Assembly (NCBI RefSeq): GCF_001598795.1
Contig: NZ_BCZP01000006.1
Coordinates: 210,001-242,000 of the forward strand
DNA: 32,000 nt
Direction: 5' to 3'
Origin: Delftia acidovorans NBRC 14950
Lineage (GTDB): Bacteria; Pseudomonadota; Gammaproteobacteria; Burkholderiales; Burkholderiaceae_C
Part shown: one piece after another, positions 8,436 to 16,677 of the stretch
Layout of the letters: each line of letters begins with the position of its first letter
Numbering within the stretch: the first letter of the stretch is position 1
Notes under the pieces: generated by a model
The model's input: the letters and a program-made list of their open reading frames with translations, nothing else
What the model was told of the DNA's origin: nothing
Databases searched by the model: none
Position numbers and translations under genes: made by a program

Positions 8436-9584
8436 TCAGAAGCGATGGCGCAGGCCGACGGTGAAGCCCGTGCGCTTGGTGGCGCCATTGGCGTCCAGCA
8501 TCACGCCCGAGCCACCGCTGGTCTTGGTGTGGTCCAGGGCCACATAAGCATCGGTACGCTTGGAGAAGGCGTAGTCGGCTACCGCCACCAGGAAGTCTGC
8601 CTTGCCATTGAAATTACCCGTGCCCGAGCCCGACTGCTTGGCATGGTAGTAATGCGCGCCCACATTGATCTGGGGCGTGATCTGGTAGCCGAAGCCCATC
8701 TTGTACATCTGGCGCTTGTTGGCGTCGCCGGCCACGAAGCCGCCGTTGGACGAGCCCGTCCAGAAGGAGTTGAGGATGGCCTGGTCGAATCCACCGCCTG
8801 CCGCTGCAGCTGGGAACGCATCCTTGCGCTTGTTCAGGCCGTAGCCCAGGTTGACGTACCAGGGGCCCACGCGGTAGGAGCCGCCCAGGGTATAGGCATC
8901 GACCTTGGTGCCGGCCGGCAGCGTGGTGCCCAGGTAGCCGGCGCCTGCGGAGATGCCGCTTTGCGAATAACGCAGATAGCCGCCAGCCGTCTTGATGGCG
9001 CCACCAGGGCTCACGCCGGTGCCCACCTTGTCGAAGGTGTTGTTCTCGTCGAACGAATACTGCAGGGCGCCGCGCACGGGGCCGAACTCGGCCAGGTACT
9101 TGACCATGTTGCTGGCGCGCGCGCCCATGGACATGCCGATTTCAGGCTTGTAGGCCTCCATGTACGGCGAATATGGGAAAGAGGCATAGGTGGAAGTCAC
9201 CAGGTCGAACAGCAGGTTGTACTGGCGGCCCAGGGTAACCTGGCCAAAGCTCTTGCTGCGCAGGCCCACCCAGGATTGCTGAAAGTAGCTGGCCGCAGCC
9301 TGCTCGCCGGTGTCGGTGAGGAAACGGGCCTCCAGGTTGGCAATCGCTGCCAGACCGCCACCCAGGTCCTCGGTGATGTTGATGCCCCAGCGGCTCTGCG
9401 ACATGCCGCCGCCGATCATCTGGGTCTTGCCGCTCTTGGTCGGGCCTTCATTGGTGGTGTGGCGCACAGCGGCATCGACGATGCCGTACAGCTGCACGCT
9501 GCTTTGCTGGGCGAATGCTGCCAAGGGTGCCGTTGCTGCCAACACCGCCAGTGCCACGCTCTTTTTCACGAATGAAGAATTCAT
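8436..9584 (-). CDS. Outer-membrane general porin (Gram-negative porin family)
   Basis: 382-aa ORF. Signal peptide ...APLAAFA|QQSSVQLYGIVD, alternating beta-strand pattern and C-terminal ...GFTVGLRHRF ending in Phe. It is a paralogue of the neighbouring Omp32-like gene. Confidence 0.9.
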   Translation of the reverse strand: MNSSFVKKSVALAVLAATAPLAAFAQQSSVQLYGIVDAAVRHTTNEGPTKSGKTQMIGGGMSQSRWGINITEDLGGGLAAIANLEARFLTDTGEQAAASYFQQSWVGLRSKSFGQVTLGRQYNLLFDLVTSTYASFPYSPYMEAYKPEIGMSMGARASNMVKYLAEFGPVRGALQYSFDENNTFDKVGTGVSPGGAIKTAGGYLRYSQSGISAGAGYLGTTLPAGTKVDAYTLGGSYRVGPWYVNLGYGLNKRKDAFPAAAAGGGFDQAILNSFWTGSSNGGFVAGDANKRQMYKMGFGYQITPQINVGAHYYHAKQSGSGTGNFNGKADFLVAVADYAFSKRTDAYVALDHTKTSGGSGVMLDANGATKRTGFTVGLRHRF

Positions 9585-9692
9585 TGTGTTGTCTCTCTCT
9601 TGTTAACGATTGGTTGGTGGAAATTTCATTCTAGAAACGCTTTTCCCGCCTCGTCACCGTTGGCACAAGCACAACACAGGTCTTTCCCTAGC

Positions 9693-9731
9693 ACAAAACA
9701 AAAGAGCCAGTCCGAAGACTGGCTCTTTTTT
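9693..9731. terminator. Bidirectional rho-independent terminator; functionally terminates omp32
   Basis: Perfect 10-bp stem AGAGCCAGTC-cgaa-GACTGGCTCT (9703..9726) is flanked by an A-rich run upstream and T6 downstream. It lies ~40 nt past the omp32 stop on the minus strand. Confidence 0.85.
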
Positions 9732-9766
9732 GCTTCAAATGGCAACTGGCTTACGCCAGCCGTTCA

Positions 9767-10822
9767 TTAGAAAGCGTGGCGAATGCCGACTTGCACGCCA
9801 GTCTGGCTTTCGCCAGCTTGCACGCCACCAGCGTACACGCCCTTGGCTTGCAGGCCCAGGGTCGAAGCATCCTTGTTCTTCAGGAATGCCAGGTTGCCGT
9901 ACAGAGCGGTGCGCTTGGACAGGTTGTGGACGTAGCTCAGAGTGATCTGGTGAGCCTTGGAGTCGATGGCCTTTTGGTCGTACAGAGCGTATTGCAGCTT
10001 GACTTCGCCCACGCCGCCGACGGGAGCCGAAGCGCCCAGCATGTAGGAGTTGGTCTTGATGTCGCCGCCGATGTCACGCTTGAACTTGGTCTGTTGCAGC
10101 AGGCCGCTCAGCTTGGCAACGCCGAAGTTGTACGAAGCACCCAGGGTGATTTCGTCACGGTCGGTAGCCAGGCCGCCAACGGCAGTCTTTTGCTGGGCCA
10201 GGCCCAGGCTGGCGCTCAGGGGGCCGTTGTCGTATGCAACGTAACCACCGATGTAACGGCCGACGCTGTCAGCAGTACCGATGGTTTGCTTTTCGTCGAA
10301 AGCGTAGCCAAAGCCGGCGTTGAAACCGCCGAAGTTGGGGGTGTAGTACGAGATCAGGTTGTTAGCGCGGATGCCGTTGTCGTCGGCGCCTTGGCCAGCT
10401 GCCCAGTTACGGAAGCCCATGAATGGGCCGATACCGGTGGCGCTGAACAGGTCGTAGGAGGTCAGCTTTTGGGAGGTCGGGACTAGGTCACGGCCCAGGC
10501 GCACTTCACCGAAGTTGCCCGACAGGCTCACGGTGGAACGACGCTTGAAGTTGAAGCCGCTGGCGTTGCCATCGTCACCGAAGATTTCGCCTTCCAGCCA
10601 GAAGCCAGCCTTCAGACCACCACCCAGGTCTTCCGTGCCGCGCAGGCCCAGACGGCTCGTGGAAGCGCCGCTGGTGCCCAGGCCGTAACGGCTGTCGCCA
10701 GCTGCGTCCTTGTTCACGTAGGCAACGTTGGTGTCCACGATACCGAACAGGGTCACGGAGGATTGAGCCATTGCGGCGCCGGAAGCAGCCAGCACTGCCA
10801 GGGCAATCAGAGATTTTTTCAT
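9767..10822 (-). CDS. omp32: Anion-selective outer-membrane porin Omp32
   Basis: 351-aa ORF with a 19-aa signal peptide (MKKSLIALAVLAASGAAMA|QSSVTLFGIVD), giving a 332-aa mature chain that ends in ...VGIRHAF. Length and sequence agree with my recollection of Omp32 from Delftia (Comamonas) acidovorans. Codon usage is visibly shifted toward GGT/CGT/GCT/GAA/TTC, as in highly expressed genes. Confidence 0.9.
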   Translation of the reverse strand: MKKSLIALAVLAASGAAMAQSSVTLFGIVDTNVAYVNKDAAGDSRYGLGTSGASTSRLGLRGTEDLGGGLKAGFWLEGEIFGDDGNASGFNFKRRSTVSLSGNFGEVRLGRDLVPTSQKLTSYDLFSATGIGPFMGFRNWAAGQGADDNGIRANNLISYYTPNFGGFNAGFGYAFDEKQTIGTADSVGRYIGGYVAYDNGPLSASLGLAQQKTAVGGLATDRDEITLGASYNFGVAKLSGLLQQTKFKRDIGGDIKTNSYMLGASAPVGGVGEVKLQYALYDQKAIDSKAHQITLSYVHNLSKRTALYGNLAFLKNKDASTLGLQAKGVYAGGVQAGESQTGVQVGIRHAF

Positions 10823-10930
10823 TACGAGTTACTCCAAGGTTTAGAAGGGCGCCGGTCGTGAGGAAGAGAGGCTTGGCCTGATGCTCCACCGGTTTCCCGC
10901 GCCAACCTCCTGGTGGGGAAGTTAGGGCCT

Positions 10931-10959
10931 ATTGCACCAGACCACCGCTGCCCATGCAA
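10931..10959 (-). promoter_or_regulatory. Candidate sigma-70 promoter of omp32
   Basis: The minus strand reads TTGCAT-N17-TGCAAT with an AT-rich stretch just upstream. This would give a ~100-nt 5' UTR ahead of the GGAG SD. Confidence 0.35.
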
Positions 10960-11153
10960 AGAAATTCACCCACAAACGGGCATTACCCCCCGTTTTTCGT
11001 TGCACTGCCGCAACAAACCTGCAAGCCAACACAATCAGGCCCAACCCGAACATCGCGCCGGCCTTGTTGCGCTTGCACAAAGAGAGGGCATGGCGTCCTG
11101 GTGTACCGTTCAGACCCTGAATTTGCCAAGATTTTCCGCTCTAGGGACCGCCC

Positions 11154-11771
11154 ATGGACAAGATACTGACTGCCGCCGATGCGGCGCTTCGCACCCTGTT
11201 TGCACAGCCTTCCGCCGCCGAACGCTCCCCGGCCGCCGGCATCGCGGAGGGAGAGCTGACCGAGGCACAGCGTCGGCTGTCGGGCGCCTTGATGCGCGTC
11301 AATCATGTCGGAGAGGTCTGCGCCCAGGCGCTGTACAACGCCCAGGCCATGGTGACGCGCGACATGGTGCTGCGCGAGCACCTGCTGGAGGCGGCGCGCG
11401 AGGAGACCGACCACCTGGCATGGACCCGCGACCGGCTCAACGCCCTGGGCGACCGGCCCAGCCTGCTGAACCCGCTGTGGTTTGCCGGCGCCTTCGCCAT
11501 TGGCGTGGTGGCCGCCAAGATCAGCGACGCGGCCAGCCTGGGGTTTGTGGTGGAGACGGAGGAGCAGGTGTCCGCCCATCTGGAATCCCATCTGGACCTG
11601 TTGCCCGAGGAAGACCGCGCCTCGCTGGCCGTGGTGGCCCGCATGAAGGATGACGAGGAACGCCATGCCGCCGCTGCGCGTGAAGCCGGAGCCCTGGAAT
11701 TGCCGCCCCCCGCCCGCGCCTTGATGCGCCTGGCAGCCAAGGTGATGACGACAACCGCCCACCGCATCTGA
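11154..11771 (+). CDS. coq7: Demethoxyubiquinone hydroxylase (di-iron, Coq7 family)
   Basis: 205-aa ORF. It has Coq7 di-iron ligand motifs ([37 protein letters not shown]) and the typical bacterial Coq7 length. Confidence 0.9.
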   Translation: MDKILTAADAALRTLFAQPSAAERSPAAGIAEGELTEAQRRLSGALMRVNHVGEVCAQALYNAQAMVTRDMVLREHLLEAAREETDHLAWTRDRLNALGDRPSLLNPLWFAGAFAIGVVAAKISDAASLGFVVETEEQVSAHLESHLDLLPEEDRASLAVVARMKDDEERHAAAAREAGALELPPPARALMRLAAKVMTTTAHRI

Positions 11772-11804
11772 ACCTTCAGAAACATCTGAAACAGCATTCC
11801 ATCC

Positions 11805-11836
11805 AAAAAAAGCGGGCCTTGCCCGCTTTCTTCATT
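11805..11836. terminator. Bidirectional rho-independent terminator shared by coq7 (+) and osmC (-)
   Basis: AAAGCGGGC-ctt-GCCCGCTTT has an A-run upstream and a T-rich tract downstream. It sits between the two convergent stops (11771 and 11880). Confidence 0.8.
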
Positions 11837-11879
11837 TCAGGAGGGCCGCGCCCAGGCGCAAGCCCAGCCATCGGCGGCA

Positions 11880-12332
11880 TCAGGCCTCGACGATGTCGAA
11901 TCCCGTGGTGATCTCGGCCGTCTTACCCAGCATGATGGTGGCCGAGCAGTATTTGTCATGGCTCATGGCGATGGCACGTTCCACCGCACCCGTGGGCAGA
12001 CCCGTACCGCTGACGGTGAACTGCATGTGGATCTTGGTGAACACCTTGGGGTCCGCATCGGCGCGCTCCGAGGTGAGCTTGACGCTGCAGCCTTTGACGG
12101 CATGCCTGCCGCGCTTGAGGATCAGCACCACGTCATAGGCCGTGCAGCCACCGGCGCCGGCCAGCAGCATCTCCATGGGGCGGGGTGCCTGGTTCTGCCC
12201 CCCGTTGGCGGGGTTGGCCGCATCCGGCGCCCCATCCATATTGACCACATGGCCGCTGCCCGTTTCCGCCACGAAGCCCATGCCCGAGCGCATGCCGGTC
12301 GTGCCGCCTGTCCAACTCACTGTGCATTCCAT
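11880..12332 (-). CDS. osmC: OsmC/Ohr-family peroxiredoxin-like protein
   Basis: 150-aa ORF with a GAGGA SD 8 nt upstream. The two conserved OsmC cysteines sit in the expected contexts (GAGGCTAYD and HDKYCSAT). Confidence 0.85.
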   Translation of the reverse strand: MECTVSWTGGTTGMRSGMGFVAETGSGHVVNMDGAPDAANPANGGQNQAPRPMEMLLAGAGGCTAYDVVLILKRGRHAVKGCSVKLTSERADADPKVFTKIHMQFTVSGTGLPTGAVERAIAMSHDKYCSATIMLGKTAEITTGFDIVEA

Positions 12333-12392
12333 TGTTGCGTCCTCAAAAAACTGTTGCTATTTTGCATCAACTACACAAAAACCCTGATTTTG

Positions 12393-12422
12393 TTGCAACG
12401 CAGCACCTGTCGTGCATACAAT
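12393..12422 (+). promoter_or_regulatory. Candidate sigma-70 promoter with no downstream ORF
   Basis: TTGCAA-N18-TACAAT on the plus strand in the lower-GC osmC-ilvA spacer. The -35 hexamer is self-complementary and could also serve the divergent osmC promoter. Confidence 0.4.
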
Positions 12423-12428
12423 GCACCC

Positions 12429-12575
12429 AAGCGTTATCTGAAGGGTTAACCCGGACACCCCCCCAGATGGACTGCAGATTGTGAACCAACTTCGCTCTGC
12501 ATCGCACCAGTTGTCTCCTCCACCTCCTCTATTGGTGGATTCAGCCCCCGGCTTTACAGCCTGGGGCTTTTTTTT
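12429..12575 (+). ncRNA. Candidate ~145-nt small RNA (promoter-to-terminator unit) with tandem CCUCC motifs
   Basis: It is bounded by the promoter above and the strong terminator at 12543..12575. No ORF of plausible length or codon bias is present. CTCCTCCACCTCCTC lies at 12515..12529, partly in the loop of the hairpin TCCACC-tcctctatt-GGTGGA (12519..12539). The 5' end is inferred, not observed. Confidence 0.4.
12543..12575 (+). terminator. Strong plus-strand rho-independent terminator not attached to any CDS
   Basis: AGCCCCCGGCT-ttac-AGCCTGGGGCT forms 11 bp with one C/T mismatch, followed by T8. No A-run precedes it, so it is unidirectional. The nearest upstream gene (osmC) is on the other strand and ilvA starts 124 nt further on. 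Confidence 0.75.
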
Positions 12576-12698
12576 GGTTTCGTCGCTCCCGGCCTGTGCA
12601 GGACGCTGCACTGCAGCATGATTCACAAGCGCCTATGATGGCCGCCTGACACCGACGGGCCGCCTCCCGGCCTGCTGCTCTCCAGCCTTTCGCCGACG

Positions 12699-14252
12699 AT
12701 GAACCACCCCCTGACCCCTGCCGACTACCTGACCAAGATCCTTACCGCGCGCGTCTATGACGTGGCCGTGGAGTCGGACCTGGAGCCCGCCAAGGCGCTG
12801 AGCCGCCGCCTGCACAACAAGGTGCTGCTCAAGCGCGAGGACCAGCAGCCGGTGTTCAGCTTCAAACTGCGCGGCGCCTATAACAAGATGGCGCACCTGT
12901 CGGCCGAGCAGCTGGAAAAGGGTGTGATCTGCGCCTCGGCCGGCAACCATGCGCAAGGCGTGGCCCTGGGCGCACGCAAGCTCGGCTGCCGCGCCGTGAT
13001 CGTGATGCCGACCACCACGCCCCAGGTCAAGATCGATGCGGTGCAGGCACTGGGCGGCGAGGTGGAACTGGCCGGCGAAAGCTATTCCGACGCCTACAAG
13101 CACGCCGTCAAGCTGCAAAAGGAAAAGGGCCTGACCTTTGTGCACCCCTTCGACGATCCCTACGTGATCGCCGGCCAGGGCACGATTGCCATGGAAATGC
13201 TGAGCCAGCTCCAAAAGCTGGGCAGCCCGCGCCTGGACGCGGTCTTTGTCGCCATCGGCGGCGGTGGCCTGATCTCGGGCGTAGCCAATTACATCAAGGC
13301 CGTGCGCCCCGACGTGAAGGTGATCGGCGTACACACCAAGGATTCGGACGCCATGCTGCAGTCCGTGCGTGCCGGCCACCGCGTGGAGCTGGCCGACGTG
13401 GGCCTGTTCGCCGACGGCACGGCCGTCAAGCTGGTGGGCGAGGAGACCTTCCGCATCGCCCAGGGCCTGGTGGACGACTACGTGGTGGTCGATACCGATG
13501 CCGTCTGCGCCGCGATCAAGGACATCTTCGTGGACACGCGCTCCATCGTCGAGCCGTCCGGCGCCTTGGCCGTAGCGGCCATCAAGCAGTACGTTGCCAA
13601 GCACAAGACCAAGGGCGAGACCTATGCCGCCATCCTGTGCGGCGCCAACATGAACTTCGACCGGCTGCGCTTCGTGGCCGAGCGGGCCGAGGTGGGCGAA
13701 GAGCGCGAGGCCCTGTTCGCCGTGACCATCCCCGAGGAGCGCGGCAGCTTCAAGCGCTTTTGCGAAGCGGTGGGCAAGCTGCCCGGCGGCCCGCGCAACG
13801 TGACCGAATTCAACTACCGCATCAGCCACGAGAACAAGGCCCATGTCTTCGTGGGCCTGACCACGGCGGCACGCGGCGAGTCCGAGAAGATTGCCAGGAA
13901 CTTCGAGAAGCAGGGCTTCGAGGCGCTGGACCTGACCTTCGACGACATGGCCAAGGAGCATCTGCGCCACATGGTCGGCGGCCATTCGCCGCTGGCGCAG
14001 GAAGAGCGCCTGCTGCGCTTTGTCTTCCCCGAACGCCCCGGCGCACTGTTCAAGTTCCTCAGCCTGATGGCGCCGACCTGGAACATCTCGCTGTTCCACT
14101 ACCGCAACCAGGGCGCCGACTACGGCCGCATCCTGGTCGGCATGCAGGTGCCCGCCAAGGATGGCAAGAAATTCGACGCCTTCCTGAGCAATCTTGGCTA
14201 CCCCTGGGTCGAGGAAACCGCCAACCCGGCCTACCAGCTTTTCCTCAAGTGA
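12699..14252 (+). CDS. ilvA: Biosynthetic threonine ammonia-lyase (threonine dehydratase)
   Basis: 517-aa ORF. It has the PLP-lysine context VLLKREDQQPVFSFKLRGAYNKM, the GGGGL loop and two C-terminal ACT-like regulatory repeats. It is collinear with E. coli IlvA. Confidence 0.93.
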   Translation: MNHPLTPADYLTKILTARVYDVAVESDLEPAKALSRRLHNKVLLKREDQQPVFSFKLRGAYNKMAHLSAEQLEKGVICASAGNHAQGVALGARKLGCRAVIVMPTTTPQVKIDAVQALGGEVELAGESYSDAYKHAVKLQKEKGLTFVHPFDDPYVIAGQGTIAMEMLSQLQKLGSPRLDAVFVAIGGGGLISGVANYIKAVRPDVKVIGVHTKDSDAMLQSVRAGHRVELADVGLFADGTAVKLVGEETFRIAQGLVDDYVVVDTDAVCAAIKDIFVDTRSIVEPSGALAVAAIKQYVAKHKTKGETYAAILCGANMNFDRLRFVAERAEVGEEREALFAVTIPEERGSFKRFCEAVGKLPGGPRNVTEFNYRISHENKAHVFVGLTTAARGESEKIARNFEKQGFEALDLTFDDMAKEHLRHMVGGHSPLAQEERLLRFVFPERPGALFKFLSLMAPTWNISLFHYRNQGADYGRILVGMQVPAKDGKKFDAFLSNLGYPWVEETANPAYQLFLK

Positions 14253-14282
14253 CGGACCTGGCGGGCCGGCACTGACACGCCC

Positions 14283-15095
14283 ATGCAGCCGCTTCGCCAC
14301 TTTGTCCTGGCCGTCCAGTTCTTCAGCCGCATCCCGGTCACGGGGCGGCTGGCCGCCTGGGCTGGCTGGAGCCCCCAGCTGCAGCATGCCAGCGTTGCCC
14401 ATCTGCCGGGTGTCGGCTGGCTGGTGGGCGCATGGGGCGCAGCGTGCCTGATGGCAACGGGCTGGCTGCTGGCGCCCAGCCCCTGGATGCCGCTGGTTGC
14501 CGCCGTTCTTTCCACCGTGGCCACGCTGTGGCTGACCGGGGGACTGCACGAAGACGGATTGGCCGATGTGGCCGACGGCCTGGGCGGCTTTGTCCCGCCC
14601 GAGCGCGCGCTGGAAATCATGAAGGATTCGCGCCTGGGCGCCTACGGCGCCATGGCCCTGGTGATGGCGCTGCTGGCCAAGCTATCCCTGGTCGCGCTGC
14701 TGCTCGACATCAACATGCAATGGGCGGCCTTGCTGCTGTGCAGCATCCATGTGCTGTCGCGCATGGCGCCGCTGGCCCTCATGCAATGCCTTCCCTATGT
14801 GGGCCAGGCGGCCCACTCCAAGGCCGTGCATGCGGCTGGCAAGCCGCTGAGCGCCATAGGCGTGGTCACGGCAACCCTCTGGTGCCTGCCCGCCCTGGCG
14901 CTGACAGGCTGGCTGGGGGGCCTGCCGCTCGTCATCGGCCTGGTTCTGCCCGGCGCCCTGGCCACGGCCGCCATGGTGCGCTGGCTGCGCCGCCGGCTGG
15001 GCGGCATGACGGGGGATTGCCTGGGCGCTGCCCAGCAGGCTTGTGAACTGGCCATGCTGCTGGGAGCCGCCGCCGTACTGGTGCGCGTGCCATGA
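14283..15095 (+). CDS. cobS: Adenosylcobinamide-GDP ribazoletransferase (cobalamin synthase)
   Basis: 270-aa polytopic membrane ORF. The N-terminus ...LAVQFFSRIPV and the motif GGLHEDGLADVADGLGG are diagnostic of CobS. Confidence 0.88.
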   Translation: MQPLRHFVLAVQFFSRIPVTGRLAAWAGWSPQLQHASVAHLPGVGWLVGAWGAACLMATGWLLAPSPWMPLVAAVLSTVATLWLTGGLHEDGLADVADGLGGFVPPERALEIMKDSRLGAYGAMALVMALLAKLSLVALLLDINMQWAALLLCSIHVLSRMAPLALMQCLPYVGQAAHSKAVHAAGKPLSAIGVVTATLWCLPALALTGWLGGLPLVIGLVLPGALATAAMVRWLRRRLGGMTGDCLGAAQQACELAMLLGAAAVLVRVP

Positions 15096-15694
15096 ACTCC
15101 GTCTGCGCCAACCCGGCACCACGCCTTTGGCTGGTACGCCACGCTCGCCCCCTGGTGGCGCCCGGCATCTGCTATGGCCGACTCGACATGCAAGCCGACG
15201 CCCAGGCCACGGCCGATGCAGCCCAGGCCCTGCATATCGCGCTGCCTGCGGATTGCCGGATGCTGCATTCGCCGCTGCGCCGATGCAGCCAATTGGCCCG
15301 GGCTCTGCAGGCCCTGCGGCCCGGCCTGGCATCGCAGGCGGATGGCCGGCTGCTGGAGATGGATTTCGGCCACTGGGAAGGCCAGCCCTGGGATGCGCTG
15401 GACCGCAGCGCCATCGATGCCTGGGCGGCAGACCTTGCCGGGCACGCGCCGGGCCGGGGAGAGTCCCTGGCGACCATGCTGCGCAGGGTGGATGAGGCCT
15501 TGCAGCAGGCGAGCAGGGGTTCGGTGGGCGATGGCGCCGCACGCGACACCGTCTGGATCACCCATGCCGGTGTGGCGCGCTGCGCGCAATGGCTGATGCG
15601 CGAAGGCAGCGCCCTGCCCCAGGCGGCCCAATGGACGCTGCCCGCGCCTGACTTTGGCGGCTGGCTGGTGCTGGACCTGCCGTTGCCGCGCTGA
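15092..15694 (+). CDS. cobC: Histidine-phosphatase family protein, probable alpha-ribazole phosphatase
   Basis: 200-aa ORF whose ATG overlaps the cobS stop (ATGA). It has the RHG motif context LWLVRHARP and sits directly after cobS. Confidence 0.75.
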   Translation: MNSVCANPAPRLWLVRHARPLVAPGICYGRLDMQADAQATADAAQALHIALPADCRMLHSPLRRCSQLARALQALRPGLASQADGRLLEMDFGHWEGQPWDALDRSAIDAWAADLAGHAPGRGESLATMLRRVDEALQQASRGSVGDGAARDTVWITHAGVARCAQWLMREGSALPQAAQWTLPAPDFGGWLVLDLPLPR

Positions 15695-15700
15695 CCGGGA

Positions 15701-16174
15701 TCAGCGCTTGTCGGGCAGGGGAATCTGCAGCGTGATGGAAGCCGGGCCATCGACCCTGGGTCCCAGGCGCGCCTCGCGGCCCGACACCGACTGCAGCACC
15801 ACGCCGTCTTCCACGGCGCGCCCCACGCGGAAGGGCTTGGCCGGCTGGTTGCCCACGGCGATGACCGCCGCGCCGCCGCCGCTGTCGCGCCCGGCCAGCA
15901 CACCGACCAGCGCATAGCGCGAGACCACAGGCGCTGCAGCGGGGGCGACGGCGCCCTGCGCGGCTGCCACGCCTCCCAGCGCCTGCGCCAGCGCGGGCGC
16001 ATCGACCTGCAAGGGCTCGGCGGGCGCGGGTGGCACGGGCGCTCCCGCGCCGCCGTTGCCCAGGCGCATGGCCCAGAAAGCCACGACGCCGGCAGCCAGC
16101 AGCCAGAGCACGAATGTGGCCGCCTTGACATGCCAGGTCCGGGCCTGGCCGCGGTTCAATGAAAGTGTCACCAT
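15701..16174 (-). CDS. gspC: Minimal T2SS inner-membrane protein GspC-like (TM helix + Ala/Pro linker + HR domain, no PDZ)
   Basis: ORF 15701..16420 trimmed to the ATG at 16174; upstream of that the ORF is antisense to gspG. It has a TM segment AATFVLWLLAAGVVAFWA, an APVPPAPAEP linker and an HR-like core YALVGVLAG...AVIAVGNQPAKPFRVGRAVEDGVVLQSV. It is divergent from gspG. Confidence 0.65.
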   Translation of the reverse strand: MVTLSLNRGQARTWHVKAATFVLWLLAAGVVAFWAMRLGNGGAGAPVPPAPAEPLQVDAPALAQALGGVAAAQGAVAPAAAPVVSRYALVGVLAGRDSGGGAAVIAVGNQPAKPFRVGRAVEDGVVLQSVSGREARLGPRVDGPASITLQIPLPDKR

Positions 16175-16196
16175 CGCGCGATTATGATGGAGCGAT

Positions 16197-16673
16197 ATGT
16201 CCAATTTGCTGCACCGTTCCATGACCAGCCTTCCCCGCCGTCCGTTGCCCGCCCTGCGCACTGCCGTCCAGCGCGGCTTCACGCTGATCGAGCTGATGGT
16301 GGTCCTGGTCATCATCGGCGTGCTGGCGGCCCTGATCGTGCCCAATGTGCTGGACCGCGCCGACGATGCCCGCGTCACGGCTGCACGCACCGACATCACC
16401 AACATCTCCCAGGCGCTCAAGCTCTATCGCCTGGACAACCAGCGCTACCCCACGGCGGAGCAGGGCCTGCAGGCCCTGATCGTCCGCCCCACGAGCGGAC
16501 CGCTGCCCAACAACTGGAAGCCCTACCTGGAAAAGCTGCCCAACGATCCCTGGGGCCGCCCCTACCAGTACCTGAATCCTGGCATCAAGGGCCCCATCGA
16601 CATCATGTCCTTTGGCGCCGACGGCCAGGCCGGCGGAGAGGGCAAGGATGCCGACATCGGCAGCTGGCAATAA
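16197..16673 (+). CDS. gspG: T2SS major pseudopilin GspG
   Basis: Prepilin cleavage/methylation motif QRG|FTLIELMVVLVIIGVLAALIVP, the GspG core (ITNISQALKLYRLDN.RYPT.EQGLQAL, DPWGRPYQY) and a C-terminal Ca-site region GADGQAGGEGKDADIGSW. GGAG lies 4 nt before the 16197 ATG. An alternative ATG at 16221 has no SD. Confidence 0.92.
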   Translation: MSNLLHRSMTSLPRRPLPALRTAVQRGFTLIELMVVLVIIGVLAALIVPNVLDRADDARVTAARTDITNISQALKLYRLDNQRYPTAEQGLQALIVRPTSGPLPNNWKPYLEKLPNDPWGRPYQYLNPGIKGPIDIMSFGADGQAGGEGKDADIGSWQ

Positions 16674-16677
16674 GTCG

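Noticed and set aside
10974-10997. Plus-strand hairpin AAACGGG-N8-CCCGTTT followed by TTcgTT in the omp32-coq7 divergent region, a possible small antisense RNA terminator
   Set aside because: The stem is short and partly A/T. I could not find a convincing plus-strand promoter upstream. It lies just upstream of the putative omp32 promoter, where it may simply be an UP-like AT-rich feature. Evidence is too weak for a feature call.
12357-12626. 89-aa minus-strand ORF in the osmC-ilvA spacer
   Set aside because: It has no SD and poor codon bias in a lower-GC region, and the product is odd (poly-Lys and poly-Gly runs). The region is better explained by divergent promoters plus the plus-strand terminator of the sRNA candidate.
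12429-12698. Possibility that the hairpin-T8 is a transcription attenuator or riboswitch for ilvA
   Set aside because: The only short ORFs here are MHPSVI* and MDCRL*, which contain no run of regulatory Ile/Val/Leu/Thr codons. I could find no obvious alternative antiterminator pairing. The terminator is 124 nt from the ilvA ATG. I cannot fully exclude this without structure prediction, so it is listed as a refutation route for the sRNA finding.
14253-14282. Cobalamin riboswitch upstream of cobS-cobC
   Set aside because: Only 30 nt separate ilvA and cobS, and no B12-box-like sequence is present. There is no room for the ~200-nt aptamer.
12633-14549. 638-aa minus-strand ORF
   Set aside because: It is antisense to ilvA and the start of cobS. 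It has no recognisable domains, and Arg/Gly/Ala/His-rich composition marks it as a shadow ORF.
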